A stretch of 64,000 nucleotides of DNA from a virus (lineage: Duplodnaviria > Heunggongvirae > Uroviricota > Caudoviricetes), in the IMG/VR virus record IMGVR_UViG_3300042922_001018, one strand, 5' to 3'. This document shows, piece by piece, positions 1 through 10,087 of the stretch; the stretch's first letter is position 1; every line of letters starts with the position of its first letter. The notes beneath the pieces were generated by a model. The model had not been told where the DNA came from, did no database searches, and was given only the letters and a program-made list of their open reading frames with translations. Position numbers and translations under genes: made by a program.

Positions 1-1
1 C

Positions 2-355
2 GACCAGCCGCGCACGCACTCCGGCCGTTTTTCCGTCAAGACCGGAACACAGCCGGAACTTACGCTGCCCATGCTCTCCGGCGGAGACCCGCCACTTCCC
101 CACACTGACACAGGCGAAGGTCCGGGCGTTCAAGTGTCCGTTGACCTTCGCGGTGGGAACTACAAGCACCCGAAGTTCGGAACGTTCCATCGTGACGGTT
201 GCGGCGACGCCGTAGACCTGGAACCCCTTGGGGTTGCGCGCACTTACCGCGATGTGCGAGACTTGGCACGCACCCTCGGTCCGAACTTCAACCTCCCCAC
301 TGCCACCATCAAGCGCAAGTGCGCTGACTGCCTGAAAGCTGCCCTAGGAGACTGA
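2..355 (+). CDS. Tagged-family protein, 5' truncated by window edge; C-terminal Cys/His cluster
   Basis: Frame is open from base 2 (DQPRTHSGRFSVKTGTQPELTL) into ORF 71..355; HxxxC...CxxC near the end. Confidence 0.75.
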   Translation, partial: DQPRTHSGRFSVKTGTQPELTLPMLSGGDPPLPHTDTGEGPGVQVSVDLRGGNYKHPKFGTFHRDGCGDAVDLEPLGVARTYRDVRDLARTLGPNFNLPTATIKRKCADCLKAALGD

Positions 356-356
356 C

Positions 357-1292
357 ATGACGTTCGCAGAGACCGACCACCCGCGCGAGAGCGATGGCAA
401 GTTCGCCGAGAAGACCGGCGCAGCACCGGAGGTAGAGCTGGACGGCTTCCTCCTGTCGCCTGAAGCAGAACCAGTAGACTTCCCGAACGGGCAGCACGTC
501 CTCTACAAGCGATGGGACGGCGATGCCCCGGCCCGTATCCTTCACGGTGACCCGTACGAGGACACCGGCAACCGTGTCTACACGCTCATCATGGATGACG
601 GTAACACGTGGTCCGGCGTCTATGCGGAAGAACTCCGAGTTGACCCGAGCGTCGATTCCACCGACTCGATTGCTCGCTCCGCGTCGTTCGATGCCGGATA
701 CAAGCTGGTCCGCGAGATGACGGACGGCCGGGTCTCCCGTTCGGAGCGTATGCACCTTGTGGACATCGAGGCTGGTATCAACGAGGCCATGAACGAAGAG
801 TGGCGTAACCAGGCTCTCCGCGGCTTCGCGCGTCTTGGCGAAGAGACCGAAGGCACCGAGGACAAGCACCTCCGAGACATCATCGACGAGGCAGTGGACG
901 ACGCCCACGCATCGCTGAAGCGTCGCGGGTTCCTGGAAGGCGAGGAGCGGGAGCTGGCGGTCACGCGGCAGACGGCACTGGCGCTGTTCTACCGCAACCG
1001 TATCGACGACTCGTCGGATGACTGGACGCAGGACCACTACGACCACGTGACTCGCGCATGGCGCGAAGCAGTCGGCCCCATCCACCCTGACGACGAAGCC
1101 CGTCCGGCTTCGTGGGACGCGACGCAGCACACCGCGATGTCGCCTGCCCGGAAGTACGAAGACTACAGCGACAAGGAGCTGCGCGAGCAGCGTGACCGCG
1201 CTTGGTCGGAGTACCGCGCAGACGGCGAACCCGGCGCCCGTCGTGCAGCTCAGGTGTTGGACGCTGCGGCCGAGCACCGCGGACTTCAGTGA
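357..1292 (+). CDS. Tagged-family protein, unknown cargo
   Basis: Starts MTFAETDHPRESDGKFAEKTGAAPEVEL; SD aggag upstream. Confidence 0.85.
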   Translation: MTFAETDHPRESDGKFAEKTGAAPEVELDGFLLSPEAEPVDFPNGQHVLYKRWDGDAPARILHGDPYEDTGNRVYTLIMDDGNTWSGVYAEELRVDPSVDSTDSIARSASFDAGYKLVREMTDGRVSRSERMHLVDIEAGINEAMNEEWRNQALRGFARLGEETEGTEDKHLRDIIDEAVDDAHASLKRRGFLEGEERELAVTRQTALALFYRNRIDDSSDDWTQDHYDHVTRAWREAVGPIHPDDEARPASWDATQHTAMSPARKYEDYSDKELREQRDRAWSEYRADGEPGARRAAQVLDAAAEHRGLQ

Positions 1293-1822
1293 CCTTCGTC
1301 GCGACGGAGCGTGTGAACCCCACTGGGTCCACCGGCCGTGAAGGGTTTGACCCTTCACAACATCCACGGTCATCCTCCGGCCGGTTCACTGAGAAGACTG
1401 GCTCCTTGCCGGAGGTGGAACTCGGCTATCGGTGGAAGGAAATCTGGGAGTTCGATGACGGCTGGACGATGGCTGTCGAGCAGGCGAACAGTTACTACCC
1501 CGAGTTCAAGCGCGGGTGGCTCCGATTGCCAGACGGCACCCCTATCGGCATGATTCACTGGTCCACGAAAGACGCAGAGCCGTGCATCTGCGACATCGAA
1601 GTGCGCGACGAGTATCGCGGGCAGGGCTTGGCGAAGCGGCTCATTCATTCGGTCGAAGACCAGATTGGTGGGCGACTACACACGACAGGTAGCTTCACAC
1701 CGGAAGGCCGCGCCGCGCTGGCAGCCGCCACACCACAGGCCTCAGGGTACCCGGCGAGGCAGCATGATTTCAGGTCGATGACGTTCATCCATGACTGGGA
1801 TGCGCTCCAGACGAACAGCTAA
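1289..1822 (+). CDS. Tagged-family protein with GNAT acetyltransferase cargo
   Basis: GTG overlaps the previous stop (GTGA); FDPSQHPRSSSGRFTEKTGSLPEVEL; acetyl-CoA motif IEVRDEYRGQGLAKRL. Confidence 0.8.
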   Translation: MTFVATERVNPTGSTGREGFDPSQHPRSSSGRFTEKTGSLPEVELGYRWKEIWEFDDGWTMAVEQANSYYPEFKRGWLRLPDGTPIGMIHWSTKDAEPCICDIEVRDEYRGQGLAKRLIHSVEDQIGGRLHTTGSFTPEGRAALAAATPQASGYPARQHDFRSMTFIHDWDALQTNS

Positions 1823-1833
1823 GAAGCTCGTTG

Positions 1834-1842
1834 CCGCCTACA
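1834..1842 (+). promoter_or_regulatory. CCGCCTACA box, 7 nt before ATG
   Basis: ccgcctaca-ttcgggc-ATG(1850). Confidence 0.75.
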
Positions 1843-1849
1843 TTCGGGC

Positions 1850-2230
1850 ATGACATTCTCCGAGACTGAGGTCCGCCGAGACGCGGGCGGTAAGTTCGCC
1901 GAGAAGCTTGGCGCTTCGCCGGAGGTAACTCTTCCCCCGGCGCCGTTCGAGAGCTACGAGGTACGCGGTGTCAAGCCGGGTGACCTCGTGGACACTGAGA
2001 GCAACACGCACGACGGGCCTTTCGACTTCGCGTTCATGCACAACCGAGCTTTCCGCCAGGCATGGAAGTCTGCGGGGCGTCCGCGCCATCTTCGCGTTCT
2101 ACAGGCGGGCCGAGCGAAAGAGGACGGCCACACGGACAACGCCATCATTTTCGACCTCGGCGGGGAGCCGTTCGAGTTGACTTTCCATCGCGACCGCGAG
2201 ATGCTTGTTTCGCGCCCGAACAAGGAGTGA
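1850..2230 (+). CDS. Tagged-family protein
   Basis: MTFSETEVRRDAGGKFAEKLGASPEVTL. Confidence 0.85.
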   Translation: MTFSETEVRRDAGGKFAEKLGASPEVTLPPAPFESYEVRGVKPGDLVDTESNTHDGPFDFAFMHNRAFRQAWKSAGRPRHLRVLQAGRAKEDGHTDNAIIFDLGGEPFELTFHRDREMLVSRPNKE

Positions 2231-2233
2231 GCC

Positions 2234-3034
2234 ATGAGCTTCAACGAGTCTGAAATCAACCGCGCCACTGACGGCAAGTTCTCCGAGAAGGAGGGCACCC
2301 CGCCTGAGGACGGCTTCGCGAAAGAGCTGGCTGACACTCTCTGGTCCATCCGTGAGCGTGACGCCCGAGAAGGCGTCTGCGGCGTGGACTACGACCACAC
2401 CGAGACCACCACGTATGAGGACGACGAACTCGTTCAGTGGAAGTGCGAAGAGTGCGGTGCGGAGGGCGAAGTTGACCTCACCGAAGAGCCGGGCGACCTT
2501 CTGTCGGGCAAGACGATGGATGACCTGATGGGCCGCACCGCCGACGAGCCGGGCGCTCTGAACGGTTTCCGTCTGGACGACCTCATTATCTACGAAGACG
2601 GCGAAGACGGCGACGATGAGGACGACGACTTCGACATCACCCGCAAGTTCTCGTACCAGCGTTCCTACCCAGGTATGAGCGGCATCCCCGCAACTTCCAC
2701 CAAGCACTGCGCTGAGTGCGGGGACGAGATGCGGGTGAACGCCGAAGGAGTCTCGAACCACATCGCCGCCGACGGCGGCATCGACTACGACAAGGACGCT
2801 CAGCACGCAGCCATTGACGACGCCGCGTACGGCGACGCCGATGAGAGCAATGTGCTCTTCGTTACGGATGACGGGTTCGAGGTTCAGCGTGCCACCGACG
2901 AAGGCTCGTACGCGGTGTACGCGGCTGACGGCACGTTCCTCACGAACGTCACCAGCGCATCGGAGGACCACCTCAGCATCGAGGATGAAGTTCGAGAGCG
3001 TCTGGCAGAGCTGAAGGCCGCTAGCGGACAGTAA
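2234..3034 (+). CDS. Tagged-family protein, very acidic, CxxC motifs
   Basis: MSFNESEINRATDGKFSEKEGTPPE; SD aaggag; CEEC and CAEC; D/E runs. Confidence 0.85.
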   Translation: MSFNESEINRATDGKFSEKEGTPPEDGFAKELADTLWSIRERDAREGVCGVDYDHTETTTYEDDELVQWKCEECGAEGEVDLTEEPGDLLSGKTMDDLMGRTADEPGALNGFRLDDLIIYEDGEDGDDEDDDFDITRKFSYQRSYPGMSGIPATSTKHCAECGDEMRVNAEGVSNHIAADGGIDYDKDAQHAAIDDAAYGDADESNVLFVTDDGFEVQRATDEGSYAVYAADGTFLTNVTSASEDHLSIEDEVRERLAELKAASGQ

Positions 3035-3041
3035 CGCTGTA

Positions 3042-3050
3042 CCGCCTACA
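3042..3050 (+). promoter_or_regulatory. CCGCCTACA box
   Basis: ccgcctaca-gacggtc-ATG(3058). Confidence 0.75.
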
Positions 3051-3057
3051 GACGGTC

Positions 3058-3858
3058 ATGACATTCGCCGAATCTGAGCACCCGCGCGCCACCGACGGTA
3101 AGTTCGCTGAGAAGGTCGGCGCCGCGCCTTCCATCTCGCTGGACGTGAAGCCACCCATCACGGCGAAGGTCGTGCATCAGCAGTGGATTGGCGATTACGC
3201 GGTCGATACCGGCGAGGAGACGGAGTTCGACATCCGGGCGGTTCTCGACGCGGCGCCCCTGGAGGACATTCGCTCGATGGAAAGCTCTGGCGACCGGGAC
3301 TGGCTTCACTTCGATGCTGTCAACGCTGGCCTCATTGAACCCGCCGAAGGACCGTTCTACATCGACACGTTCGCTGCTGAAGAAGACCTCGAAGAGTACA
3401 TCGCGGCTCGCGAGGCGGCAGGCCAGGAAGACCCGGTAGCGGAGCTGGAGCCGTCTCAGAAGCTTGTCCGCGAACGCGTTGGCGCGGCACTCCAGGGCGC
3501 TCGCGGCGCTCTCCCGCTGTCCATCATCACCATGGACGGGAGCGAAGACGGAGACCTCAGCGCAAGCCGCACCGGGCATCTTGTTGCTGACGGCATCCTG
3601 CGGGCGCAGCACTCTTTGAACGCGCTCGCGGTGGACTCCGCACGTCTCGATGAGTCCGACCGTAAGCACCTGTCCGACATCGACCAGCTTCGTGACCTCA
3701 TCAGCTACGACCGTCTGAACCAGGCCACGGTGACCCCGGAGAGCCGACAGAAGGTTGTTCGTATCGTCGCTGGTCTGAACGACTACCTGTGGAACCGTGA
3801 AAACCACCTGTCTCAGCAGGACACGCTCGAATCTCAGCCCGCCGCATCTGTCGAGTGA
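3058..3858 (+). CDS. Tagged-family protein
   Basis: MTFAESEHPRATDGKFAEKVGAAPSISL. Confidence 0.85.
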   Translation: MTFAESEHPRATDGKFAEKVGAAPSISLDVKPPITAKVVHQQWIGDYAVDTGEETEFDIRAVLDAAPLEDIRSMESSGDRDWLHFDAVNAGLIEPAEGPFYIDTFAAEEDLEEYIAAREAAGQEDPVAELEPSQKLVRERVGAALQGARGALPLSIITMDGSEDGDLSASRTGHLVADGILRAQHSLNALAVDSARLDESDRKHLSDIDQLRDLISYDRLNQATVTPESRQKVVRIVAGLNDYLWNRENHLSQQDTLESQPAASVE

Positions 3859-3921
3859 CGACCTTGCTCGTGCAGAGGTAAGCACCCCGCGGAGGCCCGG
3901 CCGCTAGACTGAGGCCTGACC

Positions 3922-4353
3922 ATGACCTTTCTCGTTGACCTTCTCATGCCGAAGCGTCCGCCTCGCGGCGAGCGCGAACCCGGCCTGTCAACCATGGCCA
4001 TCGCCGAAGTCCCTTTCAAGCACGAAAGAAATCGTGACGCATTCGAGCCGTGGGCGCTGCGCCCCGTCATCCACACGCTCCACCCCGTCATCACTCATGT
4101 GACCGATGAGGGAGACCCGCACTGGGAGGTCTGGTTCGTCCACAACAACCGACCGGTTGTTCTCGCGGTCCCTTCTCCCGGCGTCGGGGAACTGTCGATG
4201 GATGACCTCACTGAGTACCTGTCGAAGTCGGTCTCCCATGAACGTCAGGGCACCGCCTCCGCGGATGAGCTGCGGGCTGCGCGTTTCGCCCGCCGCGTCC
4301 GCGAGATGGTGTGCCTGGAGACATGGCCAGAACCACAGCCGCCTACCATTTGA
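3922..4353 (+). CDS. Hypothetical protein (untagged)
   Basis: ORF fills the gap; TAGACT -10-like hexamer upstream. Confidence 0.6.
   Translation: MTFLVDLLMPKRPPRGEREPGLSTMAIAEVPFKHERNRDAFEPWALRPVIHTLHPVITHVTDEGDPHWEVWFVHNNRPVVLAVPSPGVGELSMDDLTEYLSKSVSHERQGTASADELRAARFARRVREMVCLETWPEPQPPTI
4339..4347 (+). promoter_or_regulatory. CCGCCTACC variant box
   Basis: ccgcctacc-atttgac-ATG(4355). Confidence 0.65.
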
Positions 4354-4354
4354 C

Positions 4355-5113
4355 ATGACCTTCGACCCGAATGACCACCCACGCTCGACAGACGGCACCT
4401 TCGCAGAGAAGGTCGGTTCGAGCGCGGAGGTGAAGCTCTCCGTTAGTGAGCTGGACCACGGGCTATTCGACGATGTGCGGACACAGGCTGGCGAAGCGTA
4501 CGAGACGTACGGTCGAGCGCTCGCTACCGAGCGTATCCAGCGCAAATACCCGACCGCTGTGCGCGCCACGGTCGCGGTAACCCAACACGATGAGGTCACG
4601 GTCTCTTCTATCGAAGATGCAGACGGCGTACTCCTCTGGGAGGCGAGCGAACTGAACGAAGGCGACGCTATCCACCACGCTGCCGCAAGCATCCCGGCCG
4701 ACGCTGTGCAGAACGGTTCGTACCTCGACCTCGGCGGAACACCTGACTCGCAGGAGGCGTTCACGCACTACCACCGCGCTGCAACTGAGACGCAGGCGGT
4801 CGCGGTGCAGGCGCTAGCGAACAGCATCCGTCTCCGCTTCCCCGAGGCGGTATCGGTGGAGATGGACGCGGACGACGCGGATGACGATGACCCGGACATC
4901 GAGCGCCGCCCGACCGCGGTGTTCAACGCTGCTGGCGAGAAGATGTGGACTTCAGGCTCGGGCGATGAGAGCATCTTCGCTCCCAACAGCCGCGACCGCG
5001 AGTACCTTCAGTACGCGAACTTCGAGTACGACGGTGACACGGATGCGATGGTCGTCCGCCTGCCTGTGAACCTTTTCGATGAGTCCACGTGGCCTGAGTC
5101 CACACCTTTCTGA
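4355..5113 (+). CDS. Tagged-family protein, acidic
   Basis: Internal ATG of ORF 4106..5113: MTFDPNDHPRSTDGTFAEKVGSSAEVKL. Confidence 0.85.
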   Translation: MTFDPNDHPRSTDGTFAEKVGSSAEVKLSVSELDHGLFDDVRTQAGEAYETYGRALATERIQRKYPTAVRATVAVTQHDEVTVSSIEDADGVLLWEASELNEGDAIHHAAASIPADAVQNGSYLDLGGTPDSQEAFTHYHRAATETQAVAVQALANSIRLRFPEAVSVEMDADDADDDDPDIERRPTAVFNAAGEKMWTSGSGDESIFAPNSRDREYLQYANFEYDGDTDAMVVRLPVNLFDESTWPESTPF

Positions 5114-5132
5114 ACCAAGGAGCAACACCAAC

Positions 5133-5954
5133 ATGACTTTCAGCGAGACCGATGTCGTACGCGACGCCGCGGGTAAGTTCTCGGAGAAGACCGGCTCGGC
5201 GCCGGACATCTCAGTGACCCCGCCCAAGAAGACATACATCTACCGCGTGGAAGGCGACGACCACGAGACCGAGGACGTAGAAGCATCCAGCGAGGAAGAG
5301 GCGCTGAACATCGCCGCAGAGCTGTTCGAGGAGCGCTACAGCGGTGACGAAGAAGATGATGACGATGACTCCGAACCGACGGATGTCCGTGACCTTCTGT
5401 TCGTGAAGGCGGTCTACGAAGGCGACATCAACGACTACGACGACGAGTGGACGAAGGTCACGCCGGGCAAGCACTTCCACGACCCGAACTACGAGCATGT
5501 CGCTGGACGATACGCGGGCTACGAGGTGAAGAACTACCGGAAGCTCCCCATCGGGATGGAAGGTGGCGCATTCACCGCGAGCATCTGGCGTGACGGCAAG
5601 CGTGTCATGCTTGTCGAGAACGCGGGCAACGGCGGCGCGAACACGTACACTGACCTGAGCAGCCCGAAGACCCCGCTTCGGCACCGTGGCGAAGAGATTG
5701 ACCGCTTCAAGAAAACCGCAAGCGCCATGTACGGCCCGGACAAGTACGAGAGCGATGATGCGCTCTTCGCGTTCGTGCAACTCGGTAGCGAGGTTGACCG
5801 CTTGGCCCGCATCAACGGTTGGTCGCGTACAGAGACCGCCGAAGCGATGGCAGAGGACTACGAGAAGCAGATGGCCGAGTTCGGAAGCAAGGCGGATGAA
5901 GTTGAACTCGCGGCGCTCCGCGACCCGTCCATCATCTCGCGCCTGACCGACTGA
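5133..5954 (+). CDS. Tagged-family protein, acidic
   Basis: MTFSETDVVRDAAGKFSEKTGSAPDISV; SD aaggag. Confidence 0.85.
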   Translation: MTFSETDVVRDAAGKFSEKTGSAPDISVTPPKKTYIYRVEGDDHETEDVEASSEEEALNIAAELFEERYSGDEEDDDDDSEPTDVRDLLFVKAVYEGDINDYDDEWTKVTPGKHFHDPNYEHVAGRYAGYEVKNYRKLPIGMEGGAFTASIWRDGKRVMLVENAGNGGANTYTDLSSPKTPLRHRGEEIDRFKKTASAMYGPDKYESDDALFAFVQLGSEVDRLARINGWSRTETAEAMAEDYEKQMAEFGSKADEVELAALRDPSIISRLTD

Positions 5955-5993
5955 TTTTCCACGACCTACCACGGCCAGTGGTAGACTCTTAGA

Positions 5994-6692
5994 GTGACCC
6001 GGAAAATCCTGACTGCCATCGGTGCGGTATTCGTGTTGTCTGGACTCGGTCTCCTCAGCTTCCTCGGCGTCGGGTTCTTCGCGGACCAGAGCGAGCTTGA
6101 CCAGAAACAGCAGGACACGCAGGCGCTCATCCAGGAATGGGACGGTGGTTCGGCTACCCGCGTTGACACCGCGCCGACTGGTGACATCCCCGTTACCACG
6201 CGGCCAGCTACCTACGACGAGTTCGGCGTTCTCTATGTCCCGCGATGGGGCGCAGACTATGTCGCGCCCATCCTCGAAGGCGACAAGACGAAGGAAGTCT
6301 CTTCGTGGCACGGTGTTGACCACTACCCGAGTTCGCAGATGCCGGGAGAGCTGGGCAACTTCGTCGTCACCGGCCACAACGGCCGGAACGAGACGGGGCG
6401 CTTCTCTCACCTGTCGCAGAGCGAAGTAGGCGACCTCGTCTATGTCGAAACCGCAGACGGTTGGTACACCTACAAGCTGACTTCGTTCGAGACCATCGAC
6501 CCGTCCGAGAACGAAGTGCTTCTCCCCGTCCCTCGTGAGGAAGGCGTCGCGCCTACGAAGAGCGTCATCACGCTCATTTCCTGCACGCGCGAATGGTGGG
6601 GAACCACCGGGCGTTACGTTGCCTACGGCGACTTCGTAGAGTTCACCCCGCGCGCGGCGGGCGCCCCTGCCGATGTAACGGCGATGCGTTGA
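5994..6692 (+). CDS. Sortase (class E-like)
   Basis: N-terminal TM; HYPSSQMPGELGNFVVTGH; TLISC and downstream Arg catalytic pattern. Confidence 0.9.
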   Translation: MTRKILTAIGAVFVLSGLGLLSFLGVGFFADQSELDQKQQDTQALIQEWDGGSATRVDTAPTGDIPVTTRPATYDEFGVLYVPRWGADYVAPILEGDKTKEVSSWHGVDHYPSSQMPGELGNFVVTGHNGRNETGRFSHLSQSEVGDLVYVETADGWYTYKLTSFETIDPSENEVLLPVPREEGVAPTKSVITLISCTREWWGTTGRYVAYGDFVEFTPRAAGAPADVTAMR

Positions 6693-6820
6693 CCGCTCCT
6701 GCGCGCTGGAACTACCGGCGAAGTAGTTAACCAGACACAGCACCATTCCGTCTTGCCACTGTCAAGATAGGGCGCTCGTACTTGTCCGCCAAACGGATGA
6801 CACCGTGTATACTGATGTAC

Positions 6821-9800
6821 ATGCTGCGAAAGTCATCTATCGCCCTCGGGGCCACTCTCACTCTTGTCGGTTCAATGATTGCACTGCCGGGCGTTGCCCT
6901 CGCAGCGCCGGGAGACGCCGTCTCCATCCCTGATACAAGCCTCCGCGAAGCCGTCAAGGCCGCGGTCGGCCACCAGCCTGACAACCTCGCCGACCCCACC
7001 GAGGGGGAGATGGCGTCCATCACCAACCTGAACCTGAGCGGTCGGAACGTCACCGACCTCACGGGTATCCAGTACGCGACGGCCCTCACCTCGCTCAACC
7101 TCTCCGGCAATGCGGTCACGGACATTACGCCGCTGACGACGTTGACGGGTCTGGTCACCTTGGACCTCTCGCTCACGCCGGTCACCACCATCGAGCCGCT
7201 CGCGGGCAAGACCGCTCTCGCCTCACTCGACCTGACCGCGACCAACTCCAACGAGACCGCCGCGGAGACGACCTTCTCGACCCTCACCGGTCTGGAGTTC
7301 CTCGACCTGTCCAGCACTGACCTCACCGAGGAGGCTGCCGCAGCGACCAGCGTCATCGAACTCATCATCGACGACAACCTCGCCACGAACCTGGACGGGT
7401 ACGAGGCGCTCACCAACCTGCGTGCGCTGTACGCAGACAACAACCCCTTCGAGAACCTCGACGGTCTGAAGGGCAAGAACCTCGACTACCTCGGGGCTGG
7501 CGTTACCCAGGTGCGTGACCTTTCCGGCATCACCGCCCAGAACGGTCGCGTGCTCACCGAGGTTCCGCTCTCTGCGGGCGTCGGCGAAGATGTGGACCTC
7601 ACGGTGACTGGCGTCGGAACCACAGGCCAGGTCGAGCTGTCCGTCGCCGCTGGCACCTACGACCCGGACGAGCAGACCGTCTCCTACCCGGCTGCGGGCG
7701 CGTTCCAGGCATCCTGGAACCAGCTTTCGGGTGAGTCCTTCCAGTTCACCGGCAACCTCAACATCGAGGTTGCCGCGACCGCCCCTTCGGGTGTTACGGA
7801 CTTCGATGTCTCTGGCCGCATCGCATCGGCCAACCTCAACTGGGCGCTTCCGAACACCAACGGCCTCGGCGACATCGACGAGTACACCATCGTGCTCTCC
7901 AACGATGGTTTCGTCACTTCCACCCAGGTCTCGGCACCGGGCGACGCAACGTCTCTCGTCATTCCGGACCTCGAAGGCGGCAACTACACCGCGCGCATCA
8001 CGTACACGACGACCGAAGGCGCGCTCTCCCCTGAGTCCACCGCCGCATTCACGGTCTACGCCGAGCCTTTCCCCGTTCCGGGCAATGTCGATGCCTCCTA
8101 CATCGAGGCGAGCGATTCGATTGGCTTCCGGTGGACCGGCGGTGCGCCCAGCTACATCCTGACGGTCACGGATGACATGGGTGAGACGACCGAGTTCACG
8201 GTCAACGACACCAGCATCACTATCCCTGCTTCCGAGTTCGCTGACCCGGCACGCCTGACATTCACCGTCGAAGCCGGTGACGACCAGGGGTCGCTCGGCG
8301 CCGTTTCTACCCCGACTGTCATCAACACGGAGACTGGCTACGTCGGCCCCGTGACTGTCGGCGCGGCTGTCACCAACGTCGTAGCTGGCGAGATGGACGC
8401 AGAGCGCATGGCCGTCCCGGTCAGCTTCGATGTCCCGGAGGGCACGCAGAACGTCCGCTACACCTACGACGGCGGCGCAGGCATCGGCCTTGTGACGGCG
8501 TTCGAGACGCTGGAAGCTGGCCCCAACACCATCTACATTCCGGTTCGGTCGGGCCAGGAGTACAGCGTCGTCATCGCCGCTCGCACCGAGAGCAGCGACT
8601 ATGTGGCCGCTCCCGCTGTTGAGTTCGAGGCTCCAGAACTCGGTTCTGTAACGGGCCTCGTCGGTACTCTCGGTGACGGCAACGTCACGCTGAACTGGAA
8701 CCCGGTCGCGGGCGCCGCAAGCTACGAGGTCACTGTGATTCTCGAAACGACACAGACCCCGGTCTTCATCCCGGTAGACGGAACGACCGCAACACTGACC
8801 TTCAGTGACTTCCCTGCGAACAACGAGCAGTACGAAATCGGTGTCCGCGCGGTGGACGCGAACGGCGGCAAGGGTCTCTTCTCCACTATCCTCGAAGTGA
8901 ACCCCGGCGCCGAGTACGTCGGCCCGAGCAACGGGATGCTCCCGGCGCCCACCAACCTCGCCAGCACCTACAACGCGGCAGACAACACGTTCACCTTCAC
9001 GTGGACGGGTGACGCGGCGGCTGACCGTTACATCCTCTCGATGAACGGCATGGATTACCTGGCGGACGAGCCGACTCTGACAGTTTCGGCCGGTGCCGCG
9101 GGTACCGAGTACGATGTCATCGTCTACCAGCGGGCTATCGGCGGGCAGTACGGCCCCGGTACCTCCATCGACGTGGTGACCCCGGATGACGGCCCTGTCG
9201 TTCCGAGTGAACTGAGCGGTGTCGTCGTGGACGGCGATGTCGTCGCTAGCTGGCCCGCAATCCCCGGCGCTGTCAGCTACGAAGTCGGTATCGGCGACCT
9301 CGACCGGAACTCGGGTGACCTCGTTCCCGTGGACGGCACTTCCGTCACTGTCCCGGACGGCGCTACGCGTACGTTCATCCTGACGGTGGCTGGTCTCAAC
9401 GCCGACGGCGAGCAGGTCCAGGGTACGAGCTACCAGGGCATCTGGAACGCTGGCGGGACCGAGTTCCTCGAACTGACCCCGCCGCCCGCAGGCATCGAGG
9501 TCGGCACTGTCACCGCCACTGACGAAGCGGTGACGGTCGATTGGGAAGCCATCGACGCCGACTTCTACCGCGTGATGGCGACCAACGGTACTGAGACCCT
9601 CGTCTCGCCGGTCCTGACCGGAGACGTGTCCTCCTACGCCTTCGACCGCGCAGCGTTCGCTCCTGGTTCGACCTGGACCTTCACGGTGACCGCGCGTGAC
9701 GCATCCTCCGTGTGGTCCGCGCCTGCCGGTGCTGAACTCGCCTTCCCCGCTGATGGCGGTTCGGGCGACGGCGGCTCCGGCGATGGTTCTGGTGACGGTG

Positions 9801-9994
9801 GCTCGGGTGATGGCTCCGGAGACGGCACTGGCGCCACTGCTGGTGACGCTACCGGTACCGACCCCATCAAGCAGTCCGGTGAAGGCGACCTGTCGCTTCT
9901 CGCCGGTGGCCTCCTGGTCGCCGCTGGCGCTGGCCTGATGGTCGCCCCGCTCGTCCGTCGCAAGAAGGGTCTGGCGGGCGCCAACGCCTCGTAA
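6821..9994 (+). CDS. Cell-wall-anchored surface protein: internalin-like LRRs plus FN3-like repeats
   Basis: Signal peptide; IPDTSLREAV cap and LTSLNLSGNAVTDITPL LRRs; beta-sandwich repeats (LNWNPVAGAASYEV); Gly/Ser/Asp linker; IKQSG + TM + RRKK tail; TATACT-N7-ATG. Confidence 0.85.
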   Translation: MLRKSSIALGATLTLVGSMIALPGVALAAPGDAVSIPDTSLREAVKAAVGHQPDNLADPTEGEMASITNLNLSGRNVTDLTGIQYATALTSLNLSGNAVTDITPLTTLTGLVTLDLSLTPVTTIEPLAGKTALASLDLTATNSNETAAETTFSTLTGLEFLDLSSTDLTEEAAAATSVIELIIDDNLATNLDGYEALTNLRALYADNNPFENLDGLKGKNLDYLGAGVTQVRDLSGITAQNGRVLTEVPLSAGVGEDVDLTVTGVGTTGQVELSVAAGTYDPDEQTVSYPAAGAFQASWNQLSGESFQFTGNLNIEVAATAPSGVTDFDVSGRIASANLNWALPNTNGLGDIDEYTIVLSNDGFVTSTQVSAPGDATSLVIPDLEGGNYTARITYTTTEGALSPESTAAFTVYAEPFPVPGNVDASYIEASDSIGFRWTGGAPSYILTVTDDMGETTEFTVNDTSITIPASEFADPARLTFTVEAGDDQGSLGAVSTPTVINTETGYVGPVTVGAAVTNVVAGEMDAERMAVPVSFDVPEGTQNVRYTYDGGAGIGLVTAFETLEAGPNTIYIPVRSGQEYSVVIAARTESSDYVAAPAVEFEAPELGSVTGLVGTLGDGNVTLNWNPVAGAASYEVTVILETTQTPVFIPVDGTTATLTFSDFPANNEQYEIGVRAVDANGGKGLFSTILEVNPGAEYVGPSNGMLPAPTNLASTYNAADNTFTFTWTGDAAADRYILSMNGMDYLADEPTLTVSAGAAGTEYDVIVYQRAIGGQYGPGTSIDVVTPDDGPVVPSELSGVVVDGDVVASWPAIPGAVSYEVGIGDLDRNSGDLVPVDGTSVTVPDGATRTFILTVAGLNADGEQVQGTSYQGIWNAGGTEFLELTPPPAGIEVGTVTATDEAVTVDWEAIDADFYRVMATNGTETLVSPVLTGDVSSYAFDRAAFAPGSTWTFTVTARDASSVWSAPAGAELAFPADGGSGDGGSGDGSGDGGSGDGSGDGTGATAGDATGTDPIKQSGEGDLSLLAGGLLVAAGAGLMVAPLVRRKKGLAGANAS

Positions 9995-10008
9995 CACAAG
10001 CCCAACCG

Positions 10009-10045
10009 CACTGACCGCCCCGGCTATTTGTCGGGGCGGTCAGTG
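10009..10045 (+). terminator. Stem-loop terminator
   Basis: cactgaccgccccg / cggggcggtcagtg inverted repeat after stop. Confidence 0.8.
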
Positions 10046-10087
10046 TTCGTTCAGCATCCCGAAAACCCCTGATAGACTGAAGCAGAA

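Noticed and set aside
2-5954. Repeated tag-coding DNA as a CRISPR or DNA repeat array
   Set aside because: Copies are degenerate at synonymous positions, in-frame, and separated by whole genes; no cas genes.
9752-9830. GGSGD-coding tandem repeat
   Set aside because: Ordinary low-complexity linker before the cell-wall anchor.
7223-9997. 924-aa minus-strand ORF and other long antisense ORFs (5211..6746, 14997..16352, 33871..35559, 55860..57068, 61641..62774)
   Set aside because: Shadows of high-GC coding strands; they lie opposite genes with clear motifs and have no recognisable domains.
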